The notes below the pieces were generated by a model. The model was not told where the DNA came from. It saw only the letters and a list, made by a program, of their open reading frames with translations, and did not search any database. From Felis catus (lineage: Eukaryota), in the NCBI RefSeq assembly GCF_018350175.1, contig NC_058369.1:15378001-15442000 (forward strand): a stretch of DNA of 64,000 bases, in the 5' to 3' direction. This document shows positions 27,799-40,934 of this stretch, piece after piece (position 1 is the stretch's first letter; each line of letters begins with the position of its first letter). The position numbers were made by a program, and so were the translations under genes.

Positions 27799-27970
27799 GG
27801 GGGCGCCTGCGTGGCTCAGTCGGTTGAGTGCCTGACTTCGGCCCAAGTCATGATCTCACGGTTTGGGAGTTCGAGCCCTGCATCGGGCTCTCTGCCATCA
27901 GCGTGGAGCCTGCTTCGGATCCTCTGTCGCTCTCTCTCTCTCTGCCCCTCCCCTGCTCGCTCACACATGC

Positions 27971-28010
<40 letters not shown>

Positions 28011-28027
28011 AATAAACATTAAAAAAA
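27799..28027 (+). mobile_element. CAN-SINE (outer element of a nested cluster)
   Basis: TSD aaaacYgagataggtct at 27782 and 28668. Confidence 0.92.
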
Positions 28028-28036
28028 CTGAGCCTT

Positions 28037-28257
28037 GGGGCGCCTGGGTGGCGCAGTCGGTTAAGCGTCCGACTTCAGCCAGGTCACGATCTCGCGGTCC
28101 ATGAGTGCAAGCCCCGTGAGCCCCGTGTCAGGCTCTGGGCTGATGGCTCAGAGCCTGGAGCCTGTTTCCGATTCTGTGTCTCCCTCTCTCTCTGCCCCTC
28201 CCCCGTTCATGCTCTGTCTCTCTCTGTCCCAAAAATAAATAAACGTTGAAAAAAAAA
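28037..28257 (+). mobile_element. Young feline CAN-SINE
   Basis: gcgcagtcgg/cagccaggtcacg/ctgatggctc variant; TSD aaaaaaactgagcct. Confidence 0.94.
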
Positions 28258-28262
28258 CTGAG

Positions 28263-28670
28263 CCTCTTTCCGTAATTTGACTATTGATGAAAGCTCTGCT
28301 ATAAACATTGGGGTACATGTGCCCTAATGAATCTGCACTCCTGCATCCTTTGAATAAATTCCTAGTAGCGCTACTGCTGGGTCGTAGCAGGTTCTATTTT
28401 TAATTTGTTGAGGAACCTCCAGACGTTTTCCAGGGCGTTGATGGGGGTGGGGGGCGGTGAGATAGGTGATGGGCATCGAGGAGGGCACTTGTTGGGATGA
28501 GTGCTGGGTGTTGTATGTAAGCGATGAATCATGGGAATCTACCCCCCCAAAACCTAGAGCATGCTGTATATACACTGTATGTTAGCCAACTTGACAATAA
28601 ATTATATAAATAATAATAATAATAATAATAAAACAAAAAAAAGTGAAAACAATTACAAAAGGAAAAAAAA
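28263..28670 (+). mobile_element. Short L1 with 5' inversion (twin priming)
   Basis: 28263-~28435 is antisense ORF2 (similar to 18934-19105); ~28435-28670 is sense L1 3'UTR with A-rich tail. Confidence 0.85.
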
Positions 28671-28962
28671 ACTGAGATAGGTCTATATGGACTGTTGTGG
28701 AAAATCCATTCATATAGTTGAATGAAATACCAGAGTCATATATGTGAATTATGATCTATTTAAATCTGCCAAAATTATACAAAACTATATGTATGTATAT
28801 ACACACATAGGCATTCAGAAAAGTTTCCAGACGTTTCCAGGTGTATTTACCATGCTATTAATAACAACCACCTCCTCAGAGGGGGTAGGCCTAAAAAGAG
28901 GAGGTTCATGTTTGAGTTTGAACAGAAGGTCTATATGCGTGGTTAATCTGTAGGAGTCAGTG

Positions 28963-29185
28963 TTTTTTTTTTTTTTTTTCAACGTTTTTTATTTATTTTT
29001 GGGACAGAGAGAGACAGAGCATGAACGGGGGAGGGGCAGAGAGAGAGGGAGACACAGAATCGGAAACAGGCTCCAGGCTCCGAGCCATCAGCCCAGAGCC
29101 TGACGCGGGGCTCAAACTCACGGACCGAGAGATCGTGACCTGGCTGAAGTCGGACGCTTAACCGACTGCGCCACCCAGGCGCCCC
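28963..29185 (-). mobile_element. Young feline CAN-SINE
   Basis: Near-identical to other young copies; flanking agtgttt repeat. Confidence 0.94.
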
Positions 29186-29361
29186 AGTGTTTGGGTTTTT
29201 TTTTAAGAATGTAAGCGGTCACTGTGCACAAGGTTCATGGAAAAGCAGCCTGCTTGAGCAGAGCCCCGACTTAAACCTCCCTGTGTCCTCTCGAGCCCCT
29301 CCTGACGCTGGACTCAGCCTGTAGCTGACATCAGTGTGGTTCTTTAAAATTTCCAAGTATC

Positions 29362-29577
29362 GGGGTACCTGGGTGGCTCAGTCAGTTAAGTGTCGGTCTT
29401 CGGCTCAGGTCATGATCTCACGGTTCGTGAGTTCGAGCTCCGTGTCAGGCCCCTCTGCTCTCAGCACGGAACCTGCTCTGGATCTTCTGTTCTCGTCTCT
29501 CTCTGCCCCTCCCCTGCTTGCGTACTCTCTCTGTCTCTCTCAGAATAAATAAATAAACTTAAAAAAAAAAAAAAAAG
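29362..29577 (+). mobile_element. CAN-SINE
   Basis: TSD taaaatttMcaagtat at 29345 and 29836 brackets this and the next SINE. Confidence 0.9.
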
Positions 29578-29591
29578 CCGGGGGAGGGGGT

Positions 29592-29800
29592 GGGGCCCCT
29601 GGGTGGCTCCCTCAGTTGAGCGTGTGACTTCAGCTCAGGTCACGATCTCACAGCTCATGGGTTCGAGCCTCGTGTCGGGCTGTGTGCTGACAGCTCAGAG
29701 CCTTTTGGATTCTGTCTTCCTCTCTCTCTCTGCCCCTCCCCTGCTTGTGCTCTCTCTTTCTCTTTCTCTCTCTCAAATACAAATAAACATTAAAAAATTT
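29592..29800 (+). mobile_element. CAN-SINE nested in the previous tail
   Basis: Head, (CT)n, tail. Confidence 0.9.
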
Positions 29801-29909
29801 TTTTAAAAAGAACTGCGGCAAATTTAAAAATAAAATAAAATTTACAAGTATTTTCATGCAATCATTTACTGTAATCTTACCAACAAGACTTTGACAGATT
29901 TTTAGTGTT

Positions 29910-30040
29910 TCCACTTTTCAGATAAGCAAACTGATGTTAAGAACAAGTAAGGGACTTGCCTTGGCTCATAGAATTCATTGAGGAGGAAAGAGATTCAAAT
30001 CCAGGCCTTCCGAATCTGAAGCCTAGTGTTCTTTCCACTT
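29910..30040 (-). mobile_element. MIR
   Basis: ttttcagataagcaaactga...gacttgcc...gattcaaatccagg. Confidence 0.7.
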
Positions 30041-30076
30041 CGACAAGTAGAAAGTAGCTAACACCTGCCGATCTGA

Positions 30077-30538
<462 letters not shown>

Positions 30539-32547
30539 TGAAGGCTGGGGCTGGGATGGCCACCTGCTCCTCAGCCCCAGCCCCATCCACAGTCCGTTCG
30601 CTTCTGGAAGGGTTTTCATTTGTACACAACAGAGTCAGCCCGGGCATCACCTCATGCCCTTGCTTGTGTTTGATAGCCCGTCTCAGGGACAGAGTCCCCA
30701 GGTCCAAGAGACACTCTTCTAAGCCTGGGGCACTCCCAGCGTTTCTCTCTAGGTGGTCTCTAGGCACGTGTCGGAACCCCGGAGCGGCCCCACCCAGCAC
30801 TTCCCTGTGGAGCACCTCTCCCCGATCGCTGGACCTCCCTCTTCTTCCAGTGCTCCCGAGGCTTTCCGCTGCCATCCGTGTTTTCACTCTTCCTCAGGGG
30901 TAGTTCCTCTTGCCAGATCTTTAGGTGGCACGGTGAGGATGTCGTGTGCACCCAGCATACCCTTGAAATCGATGACATGTTAGAAAATGGAGGGGGGGGT
31001 GGGGAGACAGAGAGGCAACTGTGAGAAAACCCCAGAACTCTGGCCATTACGTTTAGAAAACCCAGTGCACAATGGATGAGATCATGTAAACCCAACAACC
31101 CCCTAATGGTAGGCAGCCTTCCAAACCAAACACTAGAGAGAAGGTTTAGGTGGAAGCCATCAACGGAATTACCTAATTATGCAGTAATTTATCAGGGTTT
31201 GGAATGGTCCGTGGGACGGAAGAAAGCTTGAAAAGAAACTGACAATATTTCTCCAACAAGAAGCCAAATCCAGGGGGCATATAAATTTCAGTTGTTAGTG
31301 AAGTGCTCTCTGTGTTCTGGGCAGGGCTGCCGTTGTACGGCTGTGCAGTTTGTGCACTGCTCAAAGGCACCCAGCCTAAGGGGTGAGCAGGGCCCGAGAT
31401 CCAGCCTCTTGCCAAACCATATACCTCAGGGCCACATTTGCCAAGAGAGGGCACCTTTTTCTAACTTCTCAACTGTTCTGCCCGGATAGATGCCTCTTTC
31501 GTAAGTTGCACAGTAGTGCTGGAAAGAGTAGCTAAGCCCGGAGGAGGCGTGCAGGGTAAACGGAGCAGTGGTTCCCTGAGCCTCACCGCAGCCTGGATAC
31601 AGCAACTTCAGTCTCCCTCTGCTCTGATGTCATGGGGCCAGGCAGCGTTGTGAGCTCCTCTTCCCTTCCCACGTGGACTTGCCCCCTCGAAAAAACACTT
31701 GGGTCAGCGAGGCCAGCCTTCCCTCTCCTTAATGGACGTGCTTCTGCGGAGTTAGCTTTTGGGTACACACATCGGTCCCTTGGGACTTTGGTTGCGGTCA
31801 GAGTCTGGGTGTGCTTGTCTAGAAGGAACAGAAACACGCCCAAAGGCAGGTGGACGCAGGACGTAGGGATATCACCCGAAGCCAGCTGTAGGGGCTCCAG
31901 CCGGGCCTCGCCGCGTGCAGGCAGTCCCCAGGCGCCACCCAGATGCCGGGCCTAGAACTTTCTCTTCTCTCCTTCCCTGCCCCTGTTTGCTCTTCCTCCT
32001 CCTCTCTGTTCTTCTGCCCTGTTCTCCCTCCTCCTCCAGGCTGGGCTTCTGTTCCCCCTGACTTCAGGTTACAAGGTGACCTCGGGGACCCGTGATGCCA
32101 CGTCCTGCCCCATCTCCTTAGGACTTTATGGTTCCAGCGCCCAACAACATTGAAACGGGAGCTTCTGTCTCTTAGTTGCGGTTCCTGGGAGAGCCCTTAG
32201 CCTTCCCAGATGTCCTTCCTTGTCCCAGCCCCCGGGGCTCGGCCACACGCTCACCTCATCCAAACCTAGCCATGTAAGGCCTTGTCTGGCCCGGTGGTGT
32301 GTGGGTGGGGAGGAGACACTCCCGGACAGCAGGCCGTGGTGGGCGGGCACCACAGGGCACACCGCATTCAACAAGAGCCCGGTGAGGTGAGCCCGCGGGT
32401 CCCGATGGTGCGAGAGCATGTTTTCGGTGACTGACGTGACCTCTTGGAGCGCTTTGCTGCTCTTGAGACCCTGACCGGTCAGCTGCCGGCTTCCAGGGGA
32501 GACCCCGAATCCCTGAAGGAGACAGCAGAATGTGCAGGCCTCTGTTT

Positions 32548-32830
32548 CCCTTCCCTTCCCTTCCCTTCCCTTCCCTTCCCTTCCCTTCCCTTCCCTTCCC
32601 CTTCCCCTTCCCCTTCCCCTTCCCCTTCCCCTTCCCTCCCCTTCCCTTCCCCTTCCCCTTCCCTCCCCTTCCCTTCCCTTCCCTTCCCTTCCCTTCCCTT
32701 CCCTTCCCTTCCCTTCCCTTCCCCTTCCCCTTCTCCTTCCCCTTCCCCTTCCCTCCCCTTCCCTCCCCTTCCCTTCCCCTTCCCTTCCCTTCCCCTTCCC
32801 TTCCCCTTCCCCTTCCCTTCCCTTCCCTTT
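32548..32830. repeat. (CCCTT/CCCCTT)n polypyrimidine repeat
   Basis: ~280 nt of only C/T. Confidence 0.95.
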
Positions 32831-32981
32831 TTCTATGATGTGTCGCAGAGGGAGAGAAAGAGGAGAAAGAGGCGTGTCGAGTGAATGAGTGGGATTCTTC
32901 AAGCGGACGCTTTTAATGGCTCTTAGTGGACGTGCTGTTGCGGAACCCGTTCCGAGCCGCACGTGCCGTCTCCGTGTGTGA

Positions 32982-33620
<639 letters not shown>

Positions 33621-33915
33621 TGAAAGGTTTGTTCTGGCGGATGAGTCCAGAAAACCCTGCCCGGGGCCTGCTCCTGGGGTTACCTGGGACTTCCTCCACC
33701 GCCCACAGCCGCCGCCCCGTCCCCCTCAGGGGAGATTTGTCTCTCCAGAGCTGTTTAGATCTGAAAAGGCATGAGGTAGAATCTTCTAGGGTATCTGGCT
33801 ATCCCAGAATCAACGGTCCAGGGGTCACTCAGTTTTCTTCCTGTGGTCTGCCCCACGCGCTCTGGAAAGGAGAAATCAGAGGCGCTGCATCACTGTCTTT
33901 TTAAAATACATAGAT

Positions 33916-34117
33916 ATTTTTTTGGTGGGGGGAGAGAGAGAGAACGAGAGAACGAGTGGGGGAGGGGCAGAGAGAGAGGGAGACACAGAATCCAAAGCAG
34001 GCTCCAGCCTCAGGGCTGTCAGCACAGAGCCCGATGCGGGGCTCAAACCCATGAACCTCAAGATCATGACCTGAGCCGAAGTCAGACGCTTAACCGACTG
34101 AGCCACCCAGGCGCCCC
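33916..34117 (-). mobile_element. CAN-SINE
   Basis: SINE body ending caggcgcccc. Confidence 0.9.
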
Positions 34118-34609
34118 CATCACCGCCTTGCTCAGCGCGCCGTTTCCAGTGATACGTGTGGTCTGGAGCAGTAGTCACAGGTGCCGGTCCCGGAACTGGG
34201 TGCGTTGGAATCACCAGGGACCTACGAAGTGCAGGTGCCGAGGCTTAGGTTCTGTGGGGACACCTTTGTGACCGCAGGCCTTCCGAAGCGGGGCAGCTGG
34301 GCCCCGAGGCACAGCCTGGCCCAGGTTTCTGAGCTTGTCGTGGGCCGGGGGCCGTCGGCGGCCACTCTGAGGGGCCCTGCCGTCCGGTGCTCTGAACGCC
34401 TGGGGCTCTGGGATGTGGTGGAGTCGGTGCCGGTCTGAGTTCCCGGACTCCGCAAGCCAGGGTGGCCCCTGCAACCTGCCCTCGGGTCACTCCGTCGGGG
34501 CGCCGCGAAGTGTGTGTTCAACGCACAAGTGCGTCTCTGGGCTGGGGCACAACTAGATCGGTCACTCGTGCGTGTGTCTTTCCCGTTCTCGCTTCCCGGC
34601 TCGAAACAG

Positions 34610-34779
34610 CTGACGCCCTCCCCGGGGTGCTAAGATGGCAACAGCGTCTGTGGGCCTTGGTGACCCGCTTCATCGAGGCCAGGGCTTCTGGGACACTTCC
34701 CCGGCCCCAAGTGCTGAGTAAGGAGGAGAGAGCCGAGGGCAGGAAGCTCTGGGAGCACAAGAACTCGGTCATCTCTGAG
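34610..34779 (+). CDS. LARS2: Coding exon (about exon 18), 170 nt
   Basis: aaacag| ... GAG|gtgagg; [14 protein letters not shown]...[12 protein letters not shown]. Confidence 0.95.
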
Positions 34780-35127
34780 GTGAGGAACTTTCCGGGGATG
34801 CTGGTTCGTTCTGGGCAGGAGCGCTGATGATGCACTACACGCGAGGCGAACGGAAACAGAGGTTCAAGGTTGAAGGGGCCCGAAGAGACCGTTCTTCGGC
34901 CTCCTCACTCCACAGATGGAGGCAGAGCTGAGGCCCAGAGACCGGGCTCCTCCAGGCTAGACGCCCGGCAGAGGGGGGACTTGGGCGCCCAGGCACTTTG
35001 TCACACGGCATCTGTGGGAGCTCTTGTGGCTTCACTTTTGCACACACGCGATTTGTTCGTGTTACCTTCTTAGAGAATAATATTTTATTGTCCAAGCCAC
35101 CGTCATTTTATTTTTCCTTTTCTAGAG

Positions 35128-35228
35128 ATTTTATTTGTAAGAAATCTCCACACCCAGCGTGGGGCTTGAACTCCCGACCCCGGGATCAAGAGCTGCGTGC
35201 TTTACTGACCGAGCCAGCCAGGCGCCCC
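35128..35228 (-). mobile_element. Short CAN-SINE
   Basis: tRNA-like head on the minus strand. Confidence 0.8.
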
Positions 35229-35429
35229 TGAATTCATTTTAAAAGATGCTTCACTGATAACAAATCCCTTTAAATGTTTTATCTAGGAGTTTGCTACAAC
35301 ACCGTGGCATTTGCCTTTTTAAGAACTTTGTGGAAAGAAATGTCACATGTCTTTGAAAGAAGGCGTTTAGGAGATCCAAAGGCATTTTTTAGTGGGTATG
35401 AGACACCCCAAATACTCCTTAGGCTGAAG

Positions 35430-35470
35430 TTTTTCTTTTCTTTTCTTTTCTTTTCTTTTCTTTTCTTTTC

Positions 35471-35501
<31 letters not shown>

Positions 35502-35707
35502 CTTTTCTTCCCTTCCCTTCCCTTCCCTTCCCTTCCCTTCCCTTTCCTTTCCTTTCCTCCCTCTCTCCCTTCCTCCCCTTCCTTCCTTCCTTCCTTCCTT
35601 CCTTCCTTCCTCTTCCTCCCTCTTCCTCCCTCCCTCTTCTTTTTTTCTTTCTTTCTTTCTCTCTCTCCCTTTCTTTTCCCTCTTTATCTCTTTCTTTCTC
35701 CCTTTCT
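35430..35707. repeat. Compound (CTTTT)n/(CCCTT)n/(CCTT)n pyrimidine tract
   Basis: ~280 nt almost purine-free. Confidence 0.95.
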
Positions 35708-36582
35708 AGAATTGCTGATTTGAACTTATAAAGTCAGCCAAGGTCACTTTTCCGGACTCTGGTAACTGATGACATTGAAGGCACAGGGTTTTCATGAGGC
35801 TCTGGGCCCAGCATGGTCTCATCCGGTGACACTTCTTCAACTTTTTTCCCGTCCCCTCTTCTCTAGTGCAGAGAAACAGAGCTCACGGAATTGAATTCCA
35901 CGATGTGAGTGGTGCCTGAATGATTGTTTTCATACCACAGATGTCCTCTCTGGATCTGTCACATTCTTCGGTTCTGTCAGATCATAGAACTGGGTCACCT
36001 AAACAAGTTGGAAACTCTTAACATCCTTAGACGTGTTGTTTTTCTATATTCTTGGCCATGGTCAAAATTGAAAAACGCACCAACAGGAAGAAGCTGACAA
36101 GTCCTATTAGTGTTTTTATGTTGAGTCCACATTTGAAAATGCACAACTCACCTTCCCCTGGCCCCTAATAACCTTTATTGTGAATGAAAGTCACGGGGCC
36201 ACAGAGGAGCGACATCCTTTACCCCATCTCCGGTCTGCTGTTGTTTTGAGGCCTCCTCGTCAGCGGGTCCTGCCTCCTGCTCGGCTCGTTAGCAGCGTTT
36301 AAAGTCCCCACTGCGAGGACCAGCACGGCCCAGATGTGGGGGAGCGGGACGTGCTGAGTAGTGGAAACGGCAGTGACCCCGATTTAAAAAATCTTTGTGC
36401 CGATGAAACATTATCGTGATTATTCGAGACAGTGAATCCATTTGTAAATACCTTTGCAAGCTTCATGCAGGTCACATTTTTGGCGTCGTCCGTTTGTTTT
36501 GTCGTCGTCATGTTGTGCTGGTTTTTGGTGGCAAGCTTAAAGAGATGTTGAAGAAAGTGTGTAATTCAACTTTTACCGATAG

Positions 36583-36687
<105 letters not shown>

Positions 36688-36857
36688 TGATAGCACAGGA
36701 GGGCAGGTGGCTTCCCGCCACATGCTGAGGTGGCCTGCAGGGTGCCGGGTTGCGGACAGAGAGCACCATGGTATCATCCCCTCGGTGTGGCTCTCTTATC
36801 TTAAAGAAGCATTTTTTTTCCCCATAGTCACAACCTAGTTTTAGAGCTGGAAGGTTC

Positions 36858-37077
36858 TTTTTTTTTTTTAATTTTTTTTTTTAATGTTTATTTTTGAGAC
36901 AGAGACAGAGCATGAACAGGGGAGGGGCAGAGAGAGAGGGAGACACAGAATCTGAAACAGGCTCCAGGCTCTGAGCTGTCAGCACAGAGCCTGACGTGGG
37001 GCTCGAACTCATGGACCGTGAGATCATGACCTGAGCCGAAGTCAGACGCTCAACCAACCAAGCCACCCAGGCGCCCC
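36858..37077 (-). mobile_element. CAN-SINE with 18-bp TSD
   Basis: tagagctggaaggttctt at 36842 and 37078. Confidence 0.94.
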
Positions 37078-37129
37078 TAGAGCTGGAAGGTTCTTAAAGA
37101 TGGGCTCAAAATAACTTTAAAAAAAGGGA

Positions 37130-37298
37130 GGGGGACACCTGGGTGGCCCAGTCGGTTAAGCGGCTGACTTCGGCTCACATCATGATCTCACGGTTTGTGG
37201 GTTCAAACCCTCTTGCATCAGGCTCAGGGCTGATGGTGCAGAGCCAGCTTGGGATCCTCTCTCTTCCTTTCCCTCTCTGCCCCTTCCCCCACTTGCGT

Positions 37299-37333
<35 letters not shown>

Positions 37334-37357
37334 ATAAATAAACTTAAAAAAAAAAAA
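37130..37357 (+). mobile_element. CAN-SINE
   Basis: Head, (CT)n, A tail. Confidence 0.9.
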
Positions 37358-37509
37358 TTCTCTCGCCCAGCGACTCCCCTCCCTCCTGCCCCCCCCCACC
37401 ATGGTTTGCCTACGAGGACCTGACGCCCAGGGGGGTTAGATGACGTGTCTGGTCGTTTAGTGACAAATCCATGACTGCATAAAACTTACCATTTTTAGTG
37501 TGTTAAAAC

Positions 37510-38200
37510 ATGCCACGTTCAAAGGTAGATAAAAACTGGGGAAAACATTTTATAACAAAAATATCGGACATAAGGCTTAAGATTCTCAATATATAAAGAG
37601 CTCTTCACATACGAATATGAAATACCTAACCTAAAAGTGGTCAAAGGATGTGAAAGGAGGTAATTCACAGAAGGTAAGATAGAAATAATCCGTAAACTTG
37701 GCAGAAAAAAGTATTTGCCTCACTAATTATCGTGAAATGCAAATTAAAAACGCGGTGCTATTTTTTTTTTTTTTTTTTTTTTTGCCTATCAAATTTGCGG
37801 AGACTTTTTAACATAAAGTCTGTGCTATTACAAAGGCACTGAGACCGTGTTACATATCAGCAGTGGCCATGGTTGATGTAACTTCTCCAGGAAGCGCTTT
37901 GACTTTGAGGTCAGTAGTCGTGCAGTTGTTTATGTCCTTTGATTCAGGGGTGCCCACTGGCCGGTGACTCGCAGTCACGGAGACATAGAACCCCAGCTGT
38001 CCTCAGAAGGGAAAATCGGGAAATGACTCCGGTCGTATCAGTGAGAAGGAAATACACCACCGCCACTCACACTGTGCTTTCCAGGAATACTTAGTTTCAG
38101 AAACTGTTCGCGATACAACAGCAAGGAAGAACACACGATACAACAGTGTCTATGTGATAAAAACTCCAGTCAAGCCAAAGGGTATATGGGCAGATGTGGA
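37510..38200 (+). mobile_element. Ancient L1M fragment
   Basis: aatatataaagagctct...aaaagtggtcaaaggatgtgaa...gaaatgcaaattaaaa. Confidence 0.65.
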
Positions 38201-38503
38201 AAGTCCCGTATTTTTGCATTTTTGGAGACCGGGATAAAATACATCAGTTTTCTTCTGGGTTGGACAACGCATGAGTGATTTCGCGTTTCCGAAATTTTCT
38301 TTGCCGAGCGTGTGTGATTTTTTTAATTGGGAAAAAATGGCAAATATTATAGAAAAAAGAAATTAAAAATGAAATGTCTACTCGCTGACCGTTCCATCTA
38401 CAGCCCTTCTGGTTGACTCTCTGTACCCTCACCCCTGGAATTAGATTCCAATCTCTTAGGCTGTTTTGCAAAGATCATAGAGGCATTTTTTTTTTAATGT
38501 ATA

Positions 38504-38690
38504 GGGGTGCCTGGGTGGCTCATTCGGTTGAGCATCCAACTCTCGATTTCAGCTCAGGTCATGATCTCGCGGTTTGTGGGATCGAGCACCGCATCGGGCT
38601 CTGTGCTGGCAGCATGGAGCCTGCTTAGGATTCTCTCTCTCCCTCTCTGCCCCTCCCCGGCACAAGCCCCCCCCCCCCCATATAAATATA
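38504..38690 (+). mobile_element. CAN-SINE (older)
   Basis: SINE body. Confidence 0.88.
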
Positions 38691-38723
38691 GAAACATTTT
38701 TTTAAATGTACAGTATTTTGTGA

Positions 38724-38935
38724 GGGGCATCTGGGTAGCTCAGTCAGTTAAGCATCCAACTTAGGCTCAGGTCATGATCTCTCGTCTCGTGGGTTCAGGC
38801 CCCACATCGGGCTCTGTGCTGACAGCTCAGAGCCTGGAGCCTGTTTCGGATTCTGTGTCTCCCTCTCTCTCTCTCTGTCCCTCCCCCATTCGTGCGCTCT
38901 CTCTCTCTCTCTCTCTCTCTCAAAAATAAAATTAA
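38724..38935 (+). mobile_element. CAN-SINE
   Basis: Flanking aaatgtaYagtatttt repeat. Confidence 0.9.
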
Positions 38936-39099
38936 AATTTTTTTTTAAATGTATAGTATTTTTGGCCTCTCTCTACCTAGCAAGATGTATATCATGGGGG
39001 CTTCCTACTTTTACTTTTAGCAAACCTCATAAAATTAAACCAAAATTGTTTTTGTCACACTTGTTTTGTGAACATAGACTGGAGTGCCACCATCTCGCC

Positions 39100-39420
39100 A
39101 GGCTGGTTTTTATCGGGACGCGCCCAGCGTGCCTTGACAACCTCCAGCCTCTGGGAAACTCAGTGATGTCCTTCCCACAGCCACGTCGGGATGGCCTCTC
39201 TCCTTCCCCGCCGTCCTTGGACCACACTCGCCGGTTCACACCCTGCTTTGCTCACCACCGTCCCTCCCCTGCACCCTGTGACACCCTTAAGTCCTCTGTC
39301 CCTTGTCTCCCCAGTTGATAGTAAACCCCTTGAGGGCAGAGACTGTACCTTTCTGGACGTTTTATCCCCAAAGTCCAGCATAGGGTAGGTACCCCGTAAA
39401 ATTAGATGGGCGCGTGGCTG
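39100..39420 (+). mobile_element. L2 fragment
   Basis: gtaaaccccttgagggcagagactgt...tatccccaaagtccagcatag. Confidence 0.55.
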
Positions 39421-39679
39421 GGTCACCTGGCTAGCTGCACTGCAGGAAGAAACTGGGTGTTTACAGTAAGTGGCAAAGCTGTTTAATAGAAGGAGGACCC
39501 CTGAGACCCCCGAGGGGGCAGAGGGACCCCTGTGCTAGACATTTGCACGTTGCGAAACCCGTGAGCAAGCCCGTGTGCGTGTCTCACGGGCTCCGAAGCA
39601 CCCGGGAAACCCAGCAGAGCAGCTAGGAGTTGCACTCTGATTTCAGACAAAGCTGGATGCTCTTGGGAGCTGCGTTGCT

Positions 39680-39835
39680 TGGTTAACCACCTACCTGGGG
39701 GCAGGTTACTCACCCTCCGTGACCCTTGGCTGCTTCATCCGCCAGGTGGGGGAAAGAACACTGCCCCCCAGCGGTAGCTGTAGGAATCAGATGAGTCAGC
39801 CTCAGACTGAGGGCGTAGTACGTGCTCAGTTAAGA
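39680..39835 (+). mobile_element. MIR (degenerate)
   Basis: gggcaggttactcaccctc...ctgtaggaatcagatgag...gtagtacgtgctcagtta. Confidence 0.55.
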
Positions 39836-40041
39836 GTGGTGTCTTTGCTGTTGCTGCTGCTGCCCTCCTTGTCATACTAGGGTTAGATGGGGGACATTCT
39901 TCGTCCAGAGCAAACGGATGGCCAGGAGGGTTGCTGCTTGCCTGCCTGTGTCTCTGGACTTCAGATACATGGATGGCCTTCCTTCCCCAGGCTTATTCTG
40001 TGTGCCTCGGTGTTCTCACATTGTTCTTTTCTCTTCCCCAG

Positions 40042-40153
40042 CAAGCCTCGCAGAGAGTCGTTCTCCACAGCCCCGAGTTCGAGGACGCTGTCTGTGCCCT
40101 GACCGTGATGGCTGCCCCGATGGCCCCTCACATCACCTCGGAGCTCTGGGCAG
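40042..40153 (+). CDS. LARS2: Coding exon (about exon 20), 112 nt
   Basis: ccccag| ... CAG|gtagg; [37 protein letters not shown]. Confidence 0.96.
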
Positions 40154-40934
40154 GTAGGTGGGCGTGTCCTCATCTGACCCGTTACTGCTAACCAGGACGT
40201 GCTCCAGCCTCTTCTTGAACACGACCCGGGGCTCAGATGTCCTCAGGCGTGGGGTCCGACATTTGGCATCCGTACCTGGGACCCCTCTGTCTTGTAGTGG
40301 GAGTGGTGGGACTTCTGCGTGGTCACCCCCGCCAAAGGGGAGGACACTTCTCCGCTTCGGCACTCTGTGCCCAGACGAATGGGAATATTGGCGTCACCAC
40401 GGAACACTCTCTCACAACTCAGTATCCCGCTCTCCCTATACCATGACCCCATGTTATCTTTTTAAGGTGGAAACTCGGGTTTAGTCCCACTTTATGGATG
40501 GAGAGCAGGGCACCTAGAATTATGGTTGTGGGTCTAAACCTTAGTCGCTCAGACGGGGATTCAGTCTCTCCAGCAGCCCATTATTGCTGAACTGGGCACC
40601 GAGCCATGTCCCCCTGCCCGAGGCTCAGGTGAACCGGCTGCGGAAGCCTCTGCCCCTCCCGCCCTCCTTGGAGGTCCTAGTTCTGGAGCCTTGGGGAGTG
40701 ACTGGAGGGCCTGTTTTTAACCACCTGCTCGGTGATTCTGATGTGCGGGCAAGCGGGGGGGACTGTGGCCCTCTGCTGTTAAGACCTGGCCCTCACATGA
40801 AGGCCTAAGGCAGGACCTCATGCACTTTTCCTCTCGTAAGGCAGCCCCATGAGAACGCTTTTCAGGGCCCATTGGTCATTCTCCAAGGCTATCGCTAGAA
40901 ACACTTATGTCCTCTCCTTTTAAGAAATAATTTA

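Noticed and set aside
32126..32962. 278-aa GR/GK-rich ORF and overlapping PF/PSL ORFs
   Set aside because: Translations of the (CCCTT)n microsatellite
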